Shown: positions 37,468 to 49,912 of the stretch, in pieces | Layout: every line of letters starts with the position of its first letter | Position numbering within the stretch: position 1 is the first letter of the stretch | Origin: Mobula hypostoma | Lineage: Eukaryota | Direction: 5' to 3' | Assembly: GCF_963921235.1 (NCBI RefSeq) | Contig: NC_086111.1 | Span: 57,040,001 to 57,104,000 of the forward strand | DNA length: 64,000 nucleotides | Notes under the pieces: model-generated | Told to the model about the DNA's origin: nothing | The model's database searches: none | What the model saw: only the letters and a program-made list of their open reading frames with translations | Translations under genes and position numbers: made by a program

Positions 37468-38040
37468 TAGAAACATAGAAAACCTACAGCACAATACAGG
37501 CCCTTCGGCCCACAAAGTTGTATCGAACATGTCCCTACCTTAGAAATTACTACGCTTACCCATAGCCCTCTACTTTTCTAAGCTCCATGTACCTATCCAA
37601 AAGTCTCTTAAAAGACCCTATCGTATCCACCTCCATCACCATTGCCGGCAGCCCATTCCACGCACTCACCACTCTCTGAGTAAAAATCTTACCCCTGACA
37701 TCTCCTCTGTACCTACTCCCAAGCACCTTAAACCTGTGTCCTCTTGTGGCAACCATTTCAGCCCTGGGAAAAAGCCTCTGACTATCCACACGATCAATGC
37801 CTCTCATCATCTTATACACCTCTATCAGGTCACCTCTCATCCTCCGTAGCTCCAAGGAGAAAAGGCTGTGTTCACTCAACCTGTTTTCATACGGCATGCT
37901 CCCCAATCCAGGCAACATCCTTGTAAATCTCCTCTGCACCCTTTCTATGGCTTCCACATCCTTCCTGTAGTGAGGCGACCAGAACTGAGCACAGTACTCC
38001 AAGTGGGGTCTGACCAGGGTCCTATATAGCTGCAACATTG
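37468..38040 (-). mobile_element. Young CR1 3' end nested in Gypsy
   Basis: Uninterrupted 160-aa frame LYRTLVRPHLEYCAQFWSP...WNGLP plus TTCTATGTTTCTA tail. Confidence 0.95.
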
Positions 38041-38382
38041 TCCCTTTAACAAACCCTCCTCAAATAAACAATAGCTGTCCATAACTCACTTCACTGTGCT
38101 AAAGATTCAGTCTTTTGGGCAGCGCTCTCTCTTTCAGGATGGCACCTTTTGGACCTGTGAAGTGGGACCAGGTTTGGCAGATTTCTTGTCAAAGACAACT
38201 TCTTTGTTGCAGGTGTCATGTTGATGTTAGTGACATGATCATCACTGAGAGGCAAGTCTGGTGGTTGTAGTGTGTCCATCTTGTTGGATGCCGTCAACTC
38301 AGGTGTATTCTTCAACTGAGCATCCAGTACCTGGTCCACATGATGTCTCCACGTATGATCTCCTATATCCACTGTGTACATC

Positions 38383-38983
38383 TGGATAACCTACAGCCGT
38401 CACATCAAGTCCTTGGAGCACTTCCACATAAGCTGCCTCCAGCGCATCCTGGGAATTACCTGGCGTGAGTGGGTGCCTCACACTGAAATACTTGTAAAGA
38501 CCAACTGCAGGAATATTGAGGCCATGGATCACCCAGTGTCACCTGCAGTGGCTGGGCACGTGATAAGGATGCCCCCATGTCAGCTACCCCGCAGAGTGTT
38601 ATACAGCCAGCTACATCATGGTTGACGCTCATCTGGAGGGCCGAAGTGCTATAAGGATCAGATGAAGAATGCTTTAAGGAAGTGCAAGTTCAGACCCGAG
38701 CACCTGGAGGATGTTGCTGCTGACCGTACCACTTGGCGACAGCTGTGTAGGGACGGGGTTCATATTCTGGAGATGGAAAGAACAGCCAGAAGACAGCAGA
38801 AGAGAGCCAGGAGAAATTCAGCCATGGTTGCCACCACTACCACATATACATGTCCCACCTGCAATAGAGCTTGTGGGTCCAGGATAGGACTGTATAGTCA
38901 TCAAAGATCTCACCGTTAAAGGAGTGGACGTTGTCATCGGATTTCGATGGACAACTGAAGAGAGAGAGAGAGAGAGAGAAGAG
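38383..38983 (+). mobile_element. RTE LINE 3' end nested in Gypsy integrase
   Basis: LEHFHISCLQRILGITW; CPTCNRACGSRIGLYSHQRSH; (GA)n tail; perfect 12-bp TSD ACTGTGTACATC at 38371-38382 and 38984-38995. Confidence 0.95.
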
Positions 38984-41244
38984 ACTGTGTACATCAGTGG
39001 TCCAGTTCTTGTAGCTATCCTACCGGGTGTTCACTTGTCTTTGAGGTAATCATGCGCTAGGACTTCCTGTTCAACCTCGAAGCTTCTTGCTGATTTACTT
39101 GACAACTAACTGAACTGTTTATTCTGCACTTCCCTCCATAGATCGGGCTTCAGGAGGCCTACGCGAGATCTCAGATTCCTGCCTCTGAACAGCATTGCAG
39201 GTGTTTGATTTGTCATCACATGAACAGAGTTCCGATTCAAAAAAAGGAAATTATCCACCTTGTGCTGTAGAGAAATGTCCTCCTTGTCCATAGCTTCAAT
39301 GGACTTGTTGAAGGTTTGGATAAACCTTTCAGCTAACCCATTTGTTGCTGGGTGGTGAGGAGCTGACTTGAAATGTTTGATGCTATTTTTCTACATGAAT
39401 AGTCTGAACTCTTTTGACATGTATTATAGTCCGTTGTCACTCACAATTTGTTCAGGTAAGCCATTTCTAGGGAAGACAGTCCTCAGAGCAGAAACAGTCT
39501 TTTCTGATGTGGTTGGCTTCATTGGTATCACCTCAAGCCAGTTCAAATGAGCATCCACAGCAAACAGAAACATGGTCCATAAATGGCCTAGTGAAGTCAA
39601 AATGCACTCTTTGCCATGGTGAAGATGATCACTCCCACAGATGTAACAGTACCTGTGAGGGTGCATTTTGAACTTTGTGGTATCCTGAACAACTTTATGT
39701 CAAGTCTTCGATCAGTTTATCTATTCCCAGTCACCACACATAGCTCCAGGTCAGACTTTTTATCTTGACTGTACCCGGGTGTCCTTTGTGCAGATTCCCT
39801 AATGCTCTGGTGCATAGTTTAGAGGGAACCACAACACGAGATCCACACATCAGCATTCTCTGACGTACCTACAGTTGGTCTTGTTTCACTGAGAACTCTG
39901 GAAACTTGGAACATGAGCTGGTCATCCTTGCATGGTGATGTCATAGACATTTGACAATGTCGGGTCGTTCCTTGTTTCTTTCTGTATTTCAGAATTGTTA
40001 CCAGCAACTGGTCCACCGATATACTGTGGAACACCTCTGCTGGGTCACAGAATGAAGAATTTTCTTCTACAGTTGCCAACGGTGGAGGACGTGACAAGCC
40101 ATCAGTATTGCTGTGTTGTTTGATACCCTTCAACGCTGCCATAACAGTGGACTCCTAGGGACAGTGCCCAACGTTGCAACTGGGTAGCAGACATCACTGG
40201 GATTCCCTTCCTGGGATTGAAAACGGGCACAAGGTGGCCTGTCACTAGAGTAAACTTTAGTCAGCTGAGGTAGTGGTGGAACTTCTGTATTCTGTATACC
40301 AGGCTTAGGGCCTCTTGGTTGATCTGTGTGTCGTTGCATTCCGCTCTTGTCAGTGATCTCGAAGTAAATGCAATCGGATATTCAGATCCATCTTTCATAG
40401 TGTGTGACCAAATGACACAAATTCCATGAGGGGACACATCACACGCTAGTCTGATGGGCAGAGATGGGTCATAATGGTGAACAGTTCATCAGATGTTATT
40501 AGTCTCTTTGTTTCCTTAAATGCTCTTTCACATCTTTCTGACTATTCCCACTTTGCTCCTGTCTGCAACAGTGTGTTCAACGGGTGCAGTAGTGTAGCAA
40601 TGTTTGAGAGAAACTGGTTGTGGTAGTTTACAAGGCCCAAGTATGACCCAGGTTGTGACACATTTTCCAGTTTGGGAGCTTGCAGCACTGCTTCTATCTT
40701 CTCTTGTATTCAGAAAAGCTTTCATCCTTTCACTGATTCCTTTTGTGAAATCTCTCTCAGTTATTACTAGCAGGTTTAGGGCTCAAGTGATTTGGTAAAA
40801 TTGCAATGATTTCATCAAACGTCTTGCCTGCTGGCTTCTCAGGAGTTACTAAATTGTGTAAAAGCCTGTACGTTTTAGCACCTAGGACACTAAGAAGTGT
40901 GGAGACTTTATTTTCCTAATCCACATCATTTGCATTACAATACAGTTGAACCCTCTCAAGATATGATTCCCAGTCCTCATTAGTACTATCAAATTTGTCA
41001 ACTTTCCCGACTAGGGATGTCGTCACATTATTTTCACTTTAAGTTTGATGGTTATTTGTCTCTCTCTGTGTACCGTGCACTATTAATCACGCATCCCATT
41101 GTTAGCATCTATGACAGCCTTCTCCGTACTGGTTCACTCTTTCCTCTCACTATCTCTCTCCCTTGGTCCGAATTCTGTTACCATGTAACTGTTGGTGCAG
41201 TTGGTGATATCTGCTGACATTCAGGTTCATACTGATCGCCAATT

Positions 41245-41409
41245 TGTTGTGCCTGTACAACGACATATCAATTAAATAAAAGCACACACGCGGAGGTGAG
41301 GTTAACTTTGCAGGGGGAGGAACAAATCAATGAGCATGGGTGCATTATCAGTCAATAAGTAGTGTTAAGGGGAGTCACTGCACTAAAAGAAATAAATCCA
41401 TTCATTACA
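41245..41409 (-). repeat. 5' LTR of Gypsy element (165 bp)
   Basis: Direct repeat of 37246-37407; adjacent PBS-like sequence. Confidence 0.9.
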
Positions 41410-41917
41410 TCTTCTCCTTCAAGTTTGTAGAGTATATTTGGACATCCTGGTTCAGTAGTGAGTGTGAGGTGAGAACAACTCATAACTATTGGATATGAGT
41501 TATAGTGACTGGGTGCGTACTGAGCAGTGCCTGCAGCTGGGGTAAAGTCAGAAACAACATTGTACAATGTCATTTAAGAACCTGAACTTAAGGGGTCTTT
41601 GAACTAATGACATCCAGTCAGTCAAGTCTTTATACTTTTGTCATTGTGAACCAGCTATGCTTCCATTACATTTGGAGCATTCCTCTGTACATACCTTCCC
41701 TGCAACTACTACACTGGTAGTCTCCACACATGGTGGTGCCTTCTCTTTTGTATGTATTGTCATTCCCGAATTACTGGGTTTGGCTGCAGTCTTTAAAATG
41801 CATGCTGCCACAATGCCACAATTAACCTCTTTTAAAAATTGCAGACTAGCTTTCATTGGTGATAGCCACTTACAAAACTGTGTGCCACCGAGACAATAAG
41901 CCAATGGACAGAGTATA

Positions 41918-42105
41918 TTCTGCAGATGCTGGAAATGTGGACTAGCATACACACAAAAAATGCTGGAGGAACTCAGCAAGTCAGAACAGACCCTTTGATA
42001 AGGTTGCCCTGATGAAGGGTTTTGGCTCAAATCGTCAACTTGATTTTGTTCCACAGATGCTGCCTAACCTGCTGAGTTGCTCAAACATTATGTGTGTGCT
42101 TCACA
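41918..42105. mobile_element. Hairpin-shaped Penelope pLTR derivative
   Basis: Arms ACACACAAAAAATGCTGGAGGAACTCAGCAAG / CCTGCTGAGTTGCTCAAACATTATGTGTGT around CTGATGAAGGGTTTTGGCTCAAATCGTCAACT. Confidence 0.75.
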
Positions 42106-42299
42106 GAGTAGTTCCTACTATCTGTACATTCAAGAAATTAATAACAGCAGGCAGTATGAATTAGGTGTGCTTCCTGCATTTGGGTCAGTTTCACGTAAAT
42201 CAATCATTTGTTTCTGCCTCTGTGCCGATCTGGTGTCCAATTTCACCCCACATATTTAAATTTCTTTTTGTATCTAAATAGATATGGAAGCTATTTTAA

Positions 42300-42450
42300 G
42301 GCACAAGAGAGACTGCTGGAAATCTGAATTAATCCCTGATGAAGCGTTTGGCCCAAAATGTCAATTGTATATTGTCCTCCATAGCTGCTGCCTGACTCAC
42401 TGAGAACCTCCAATATTTTGTGCATATTGATGCTGGAATCAGTTTTATTC
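42300..42450. mobile_element. Second pLTR derivative with short inverted head
   Basis: CTGCTGGAAATCTG followed by CCTGATGAAGCGTTTGGCCCAAAATGTCAATTG...GCTGCTGCCTGAC. Confidence 0.65.
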
Positions 42451-42719
42451 TCTGTTTTCCCTTTGCATGAGCCTGGTGAAAAGAACAGCATGACATTCAG
42501 TAGAGAACAGATATTTGGTGCACATAAATTTACTCAATCAATCAGGAAAACCACTGTAATCTATTGTCCAAAATGGGCTCTATGAACATGCTGATATGAT
42601 GAAAAAAGTAATTTTGTAACCATTTGTGCAGCTTTCAGATCTTTTGACATTAAGTCCCTGAAACCTGGAAACCTAATTCCTAAAAATGAATTGTTTTTTG
42701 TTGGCCATTTAAAGTTAAG

Positions 42720-45700
42720 CACCTGCCTATCACCTCCCCCCGGGTACCTTCCTCCTACCCTTTCTCCAATGGTCCACTCTCTTCTCCTATCAGATTCCTT
42801 CCTCTCCAGCCCTTTTCCTGTGATGGTGGGGGGGGAGAGAGGGGCTTCAGATTTCTGATGTTTCTATCATTCATTCTACGGGGTTTCTTCTTTTGTGGAT
42901 TTCGGTGAAGAGTAAGAATTTCAGGTTGTATACTGCATACATTGCCTTGCCTTGCCTTGCGCCCTTAACTCCTGGTGGAGTCGTCGGGGTGCCGTCATGA
43001 CAAGCTTTGCACCGGTCTGTTCCATCTGTCGCAGTTGTGTGCCAGAGCTTGGGTCACCGCAAATGTTTTCCCTGTCCATTCTTTAATGTTGTCCATCCAT
43101 CTTTTCCTTTGTCTACCTCTCCCTCCTTTCCCCTCTGCAGTTCCTTGTAAAATGGTCTTTGCAAGGCCACTGGATCTTGTTACGTGGCCGGACCATCTCG
43201 GACTTCTTTTCTTCACTGTTGTGAGAAGGTCTTCATGGGGGCCAACGTGGTGCTGGATGGACTTGCGGACCTGCTCATTTGTGATGTGGTCCAAGTATGA
43301 GGTGCCCAAGATGTTACGATGGCATCTCATTTCCAATGCCTGTATCTTCCTCTGTAGCTCTGCTGTGAGGGTCCATGTCTCACATGCGTACAGGAGGATG
43401 GAGAATACCAATGCACGCAGGAGTCTGATCTTGTACTTCATGGTGATGTTGCTGTCCCTCCATATTGTCTTGAGTTTAGATAGTGCAGTCATTGTCTGTG
43501 TGGTTCTTGCCAGGACTTCTGGTCTTGATCCTTCACTGATGATTGCCCCAGGTATTTGAACTGCTGCACTGTCTCAAGTTTCTGTGGACTGAGATGTCTG
43601 TTGAGATGGCAACGTTGGCATTTGCCGTGAGCTTGGTTTTCTCAGCACTTATTTCCATTCCAAACTTTGTGGAGGCTCTGTCAAGATGGCTGTTCAGGTT
43701 GGCCAGTTCGTCCTCTTTCCTGCAAGTCCATCAATGTCGTCAGCAAACCTTAGGTTTGTGATGTTCCTACCTCCAATGCTGACTGTGCCCACATGATCTT
43801 CAAAGGCAATACTCATGATTCGTTCCAGGAAGACGTTGAATAGAGTGGGGGAGAGGAGGCAGCCCTGATGGACTCCTACAGAGGTATGGAACCACTCCCC
43901 GATGGTGCCCTGAGCGAGTACTGCACTGGTTGCCTTGGCGTAAAGCTGATGGATTGTATGAATCAGCTTCTGCCCCATGTTGAATTTCTTCATGGTGGCC
44001 CATAAGGCATCATGCCAGACTCTGTCAAACGCCTTCTTGAAGTCTATGAAGACGTGGTAGAACTCTCTCTGGTGCTGAAGGTGTTTCTCACAGAGGGTGC
44101 GGAGGTTGAAAATCTGCTCCGTGGTGCTTCTGCCCTTACGGAAGCCTGCTTGTTACTCGGCAATGATGTCTTCTGCCTGAGGTCTCAGTCTGTTCAAGAT
44201 GATTCTGAGCATTACCTTGCTTACATGGCTGATCAAACTGATGGTAAGGTAATCCTGGCAAAGTTGGAGATTGCCTTTCTTGGGAAGCACAATGATCAGC
44301 GACTGAGTCCAAGGTGTTGACCATTCACCTGTCTGCCAGATCTTATTGCAGATGGTGGTAAGAATGTCTATCATGGCCTCTCCTCCATGCTTCAGCAGTT
44401 CAGCAGAGATGTTGTCAACTCCTGCTGACCTCACGCACTTCAGTGATTGTATTGTGGCTTCAACTTCTTCACACATGATTGGATAGTCCTCCTCATTGGA
44501 AGATTCCCGCATATTCAGCATACTTGGATCCCCTTTGCTCTGGTAGTTGTACAGTTCTGAACAGTACTCTTTCCACCTTTCCATTATTTCCTTTCCTTCT
44601 GTGAGACTTTTGCCATTTTTGTCTTGGATGGTGTTTACTTTGGCTTGTTTTTCTTTGGTAAGATCTTTCACCAGTTGGAATGCCTTCCTTATGTTGTTGT
44701 TGGAGAGACTGTCTTCAATGTCCGCACATTGTTTGGCTATCCATTTTTGCTTTGCTTCCTTCATTTCCCTCCTGATTTCCTTGTTGATTTTCCTGTATTC
44801 TGTTCTTCCCTCTGCTGTGTTCTTATCTTTCTCTAATTTCCTTCTTGTGTCACACATATCTAGTATCTTGTTAGTGACCCATGGTTTAGACTTGCGGCGG
44901 CTTTTCCCCAGAATCTTGCTTGCTGCTTCTGTCATCACTGTGTGAAAGTTATTTGTGGTGGTCTCCAGGTCTTCATCAAGGAGGAGTATTAGTACAAACT
45001 TCCCCCCAACTGCTGCCTGAAATTCTTCAGAGAAGGCGGGGTCTTTCAATTTTTCAAGGTCAAATCGCAGCCGGCTGTTTTTTGGCTTGTTGATTCTCCT
45101 CAAGCACACTCTGATGTTCATCATGACAAGGTCATGGTCACTGCCCACGCCTGCTCCTGAGAATGTTCTGGTCTTCGGTCTGTTCACACCAGATTTGAGC
45201 CGTCTTTGCACCAGGATGTCGTCAATCTGGTGCTGTTGACCACTGGGGGCATGCCAGGTCCACCTTTGGGATGCTTTGTGCTCTCCAAGTGTGTTCGACA
45301 GCACCATGTTGTTTTAACTGGCAAATCCCAGCAGGCGTGGTTCCCTCTCATTGGAGGTGTCATTGCATGAGGGGCTGATGAGATCCTCCCAATCATCTTG
45401 TGCGTCTCTGCCCACCTTGGCATTCCAGTCACCCTGAATGATCAAAATGTCTTTCTTGTCCACCTTGTCGATGACATCTTGTAGTTTCTTGTAGAATTCT
45501 TCAATGTGTTCATCGTTGTAGTCTGTTGTTGGGGCATAGACTTGTGCCACTGTGATGTTGAATGGCTTTACTCATAGGCGGATGGTCATGAGCCTGATTG
45601 ACACTGGTTGGCATCCTAGGACAGCGTTCTTGATGGATTTGTTGACTAGGAACCCTACGCCATTTTCATGTCTGTTCTCTTCTCCGCTATAATAGAGTAC

Positions 45701-46051
45701 ATGTATGCACTTCTCCAGGGTTCTTCCATCTGGCTTCACAGAGCCCAAGGAGGTGCCAGTTGTATTTTTCCATCCAATGCGTGAGTTCCTTGAGTTTCTC
45801 TGCGGGGAAACTCAAGGAACTGTAAACATTCTCTGATATTAAATTGGAACATTTGAACCTGGCTTCACCTGTCACCTTCCAGCTATTCTTCTTCCCCTCC
45901 CCCCACCATTTTATTCTGTCATCTTTCCCCTTCCGTTCCAGTCCTGAAGAAGAGTCTTGGCCCAAAACGTCGACTGTATTCTGTTCCATAAAGCTCCCTG
46001 ACCTGCTGAGTTCCTCTGGCAGTTTGTGTGTGTTGCTTCAGATTCCAGCAT
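42720..46051 (+). mobile_element. Penelope pLTR split into 42720-42820 and 45859-46051 by nested insertions
   Basis: The two halves joined align collinearly with the pLTR at ~6603-6892. Confidence 0.8.
42944..45818 (-). mobile_element. Near-complete RTE LINE ORF (APE endonuclease + RT), frameshifted
   Basis: GLCEARW, QVYAPT, IQGDWNAKVG, GSDHDLV, PKKGNL, GVHQGCLLSPTLF, LRFADDI; (GCAAG)n tail at 42944-42960; TSD ACTGCATACATT (42932-42943) / ACTGTAAACATT (45819-45830). Confidence 0.95.
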
Positions 46052-47598
46052 GTTCTTTGGCCAATATATTTGCTGCATTGTATCTAATAAAATTTTTCGT
46101 GAACGGTTTCAATACAATCACTTAGATCTTCAGCAACGATTCACTTACCTCATTTGGAAGAAGCCGAAATGAAAATGGTGGAAAAATCCTGAAACATTCA
46201 TCGAAAGATTGTCTACAGCCAGTTTACCTGTCAACTAAAGAAATAAAACCAAGGTGAACAATCCTAGATCTGAGAATAATAATGAGAGTGAGTCTGTACT
46301 TTACTAACAAAGGAACAAAGACCGCTGTCGTATCTTGCCGGGTAATCTCCTCCAGAGGAAGGAAAGTTCGCCCTGTCACTGTAGCCCTTGTAATGTTTCT
46401 TCACTGCTGGCCTGCCACATGGCAATAGTAATATCAGCCAAGTGCAAGTCACAAATTACAAATAGGTTTTCCACTAATCTATGGTAGGTGTGAACTGTAG
46501 AAATAGACCTGCCAGAGAAAGAAGTTAAGCATGTTTTTCCTGGTTTACAGTGAGGTGAAACATAGCCTAATCACCTACACTTCGGCTAGTCTGCTGTTAA
46601 GATCCTGCTTCTTAGCACTTACCTTTGGAATTCACTAATCCACTTCTTCACCTTCCCAAGCCCTGAGGTAATTCAAAACCCCGCTGCTTATGCCTTTATG
46701 CACATTAGCCCATTCACCTACCACTCCTACGCTGCTGGTCCCTACTGGGCTCAGGGCATGCAAGGTTTACATTTTGATTTTTAACTCGCTCCTCTGCTTC
46801 ACCTTATTCTCCCCAATTTCCCTCAGCTCCAAAACCCACACAGAATTCCTCGAATGGGACCTTAGCAATGCCTTTGTCAAAGTCCCTCATGCTGGGTTCG
46901 TTTGGAAGGCTAAATCACATGGGATCGGGGATTGGATTTGTAATTGGTTCAGTTGTAGGAAGCAGAGGGCGATGTTCAAGAATTGTTTTAAATTGGAGGA
47001 CTTGGTCTAGTGCTGTACCACATGCGTCAGTGCTGCGACCTTTATTGTTTATAATTTATGTTAAATATAGATAGTTATTAAGTCTGTGCATAATAGTAAA
47101 ACAAGTGGTGTTGTAGATAGTGTAGAAATGACGACAAACTAGAGGGAAATATCAATCAGCTAGATATGTAGCCCAAGGATTGGCAAATGGCTTCCAATCC
47201 AGATAAAAGTGAGGTTTTTCATTTTTGCAAATCAAACCAGTGTAGGACCTACACAATGTGATGGTAGGGACCTTGGAGCGCAAGTGCATAGTTCACTGAA
47301 AGTGGTGTCACTGGTAGATAGGGTGGGGAAGATGTTTGGCACACTGGACTTCATTCAGGGAATGAGTGTAGAAGTTCAGAAGTTATGTTGTAGTTATACA
47401 AGACATTTTTGAAGCTGCTCTTGAAGCACTGTGTGCAGTTTTGGTCACCCTGTTATAGGAAAGATATTATTTAACTAGAAATAATGCAGGAGAGATTTAC
47501 CGGGAAATTGCTTGACCTCGGGGGCCTGAATTACAAGGAGAGGTTTTGCAAACTAGAACTTTATTCACTGAAACATAGAATTAGGCATGACTTAAGAG

Positions 47599-49912
47599 CA
47601 ATGTTCCCTCTAATTTTTAGTAGTCAGGGTGTGCAAAAATCTTATGTTGTGCAAATTTTTTCCCTGTGACAAAAGTATGTGCGCACTGAATGCACACATG
47701 GCACAGTTTATGTAGGTTTACAAAATATTTGACGTAAAACTGCACAGAATAACAACAAAATAACATACATATTTAAGTCTCAGTTATTTTTCTCTCTCCT
47801 GTCTTTGGCATTTACCCATTCTTTGTAAACTCTATCTAGACTAATAGAACTTCCATCCAATTGAAAGTTTTTCATTCTCATTAACATATCCAAATGACAT
47901 TCACCTAAACAGTTTCTCAGCTTGTTTTTGAGTTGATTCATTAGGCTAAAACCTTGCTCACAGTCCCCACTAGATGCAAGAAAGGTTCCCCCAATGTCCA
48001 TCAACTGTGCAAGGTCGCAAAAACTGTTCATTTTGAAGTACAAATGCCACCATTTGAGCAAAGTTTGAAATCAGTTTGGATTTATTTTTTTCTTGCACGG
48101 AAAATTTGAAATCATTAAACTAACTATTACAGTATTTTCAGTTAGAAAATCATGATATTTTAGACATAAAGCATTAACTTGTTCATCGCCAAATGTGAAG
48201 TCACAATCTACAATTGCAGAGAAATCAAAAGCTGACCACTCTTGTACCTCATCTTCTGGAAACCTTTCTTCTAAATGAACACAAAGACTATTTATAAAAG
48301 TCATTTGTTGACAGCTACGAGGGGTGATTGATAAGTTCGTGGCCTAAGGTAGTATGAGTCAATTTTAGAGAACCTAACACATTTACTTTTCAACATAGTC
48401 CCCTCCTACATGTGCACACTTAGTCCAGCGGTCGTGGAGCATACAGATCTCTTCTTTGTAGAAGTGGTCCACAGCAGGGGTGATTGATAAATTTGTGGCC
48501 TAAGGTAGAAAGAGATGAGTTATTAACTTCAAACTTTCTGCATTATCACTCAAAGAGTTGAACTGCATGTGCATGTAACGAGAGCGTCTTGGACCTCCAG
48601 GTGGTCCACAGCAGGGTTGATTGATAAGTTTGTGGCCTAATGTAGAAGGAGATGAGATATACAACTCTCGTTACATGCACGTGCAGTTCAACTCTTTCAG
48701 TGAAAATGCAGAAAGTTTGAAGTTAATAACTCATCTCCTTCTACCTTAGGCCACAAACTTATCAATCACCCCTGCTGTGGACCACTTCTGGAGGTCCAAG
48801 ACGCCAACTACTACAAAGAAGGGATCCTTGTGCTCCACCACCACTGGAGTATAAATGTAGGAAAAATAAATGTGCTAGGTTTTCTAAAATTGACTCCTTC
48901 TACCATAGGGCATGAACTTATCAATCACCCCTCGTATATCTGTGGTCTCATCAACTGCTAATGCGTGAAAATCTGCTGAGGCTATTTCTTCAAACATGTC
49001 TTTCTGAACAATATAGTTGATAGTCTCCAGAAAGTCGAACGCATAATTTTTACTTCACCAGCTGTCTGGGAGTTGAACATGCGTCCATTAATGTGTTGAA
49101 CTGATAAAGAGTTATTCATTTTAACAGCTAAAACACACTGTCGATAAGAACTTTGATCTCCTCTGGGTTTGATCATTTTCGCTCTTGCTCATCTGCACTC
49201 AACCGTAACATGCGTAGCACTCCTGTAACAGGTAATGATGGGTTCCGTTGCCTGAGCTTTTGTACACCATCCACATGCAATGTACTTGCCAAATGACCCT
49301 CCAAAAAGTCAAGTTTCCAAATATCATCCCACTTCTTTCCACTAGCAAATTCTCCAGCAACTTTCGCATCACGACGATACAAACAGAAAACTTCAGTTTC
49401 GGAATCAAACATAAATACTTCTTGTAGCTGAAATTTCATGACCTCATGAGCTTTCGGTGTAGCAGTTTCTACTATTTAGTTAAGCCATTCAACTTTAAAC
49501 AAATTTGCAGTTCTTTTGCGCTTCACGCCCTTCGCTTCTTTTGAATTCGACGTAGTGAATCAATATCTTTTTCAATAAAAACTTAGTAAGCTATCTACAG
49601 GATTTGAAACAGATCTTTTTAGATTTTATGATATGAACACTGTCCGCCAAAGATAGCTGCTGCTGTGATGCAGCTGTACAAACAGGAACAGGAAAGGTGG
49701 GGTAACGTAAATTAGTGACGTGCATTGTGGTATTTGAAAAACTGACCAACTAGTTAACAGAAACATTTAGCCAAAAGATTATTTTCAATAAGTATAATTA
49801 TTAATTACTACATTATTTTAGGTAACTAACCTTTTGTGCGCACATTAATTTCCTTTGTGTGCTGGTTGAAAAACGTGTGCGTGCACACATACGCACAGCT
49901 TAGAGGAAACAC
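47599..49912 (-). mobile_element. hAT DNA transposon (ZNF862-like transposase), internally deleted
   Basis: TIRs CAATGTTCCCTCTAA / TTAGAGGAAACAC; left flank CTTAAGAG with partial AAGAG on the right; transposase remnants: N-terminal zinc-finger-like region 49173-49439, ALAVDETTDI at ~48937-48966, hATC dimerisation motif SSGDCEQGFSLMNQLKNKLRN. Confidence 0.9.
48318..48934. mobile_element. Tc1/mariner-type MITE (617 bp) with reiterated TIRs
   Basis: TA TSD (48316-17, 48935-36); TIR CGAGGGGTGATTGATAAGTT; internal copies at ~48475, ~48612 and inverted at ~48730-48775. Confidence 0.92.

Larger units (their letters stand above)
37246..41409 (-). mobile_element. Internally deleted Gypsy (K02A2.6-like) LTR retrotransposon with two nested LINEs
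   Basis: LTRs 41245-41409 and 37246-37407 (TG..CA), PBS-like TGGCGA next to the 5' LTR, PPT AGGGGGAGGAA at 37409-37419; gag (DWESYLER..Y..AN), RT thumb/RNase H (YLGLVNY; RLACD), integrase (AVDAH..W.EV; IVSDNG; PHHPATNGLAERF). Confidence 0.92.

Noticed and set aside
42975-44945. Plus-strand ORFs of 100-194 aa
   Set aside because: Antisense shadows of the RTE ORF
46150-46235. GKLAVDNLSMN resembling an ABCA transporter motif in a possible exon
   Set aside because: Similarity stops after ~10 residues and no Walker A follows; treated as chance
48318-48934. Regularly spaced ~30-bp repeats as a CRISPR-like array
   Set aside because: They occur in both orientations and are the TIRs of a TA-flanked MITE
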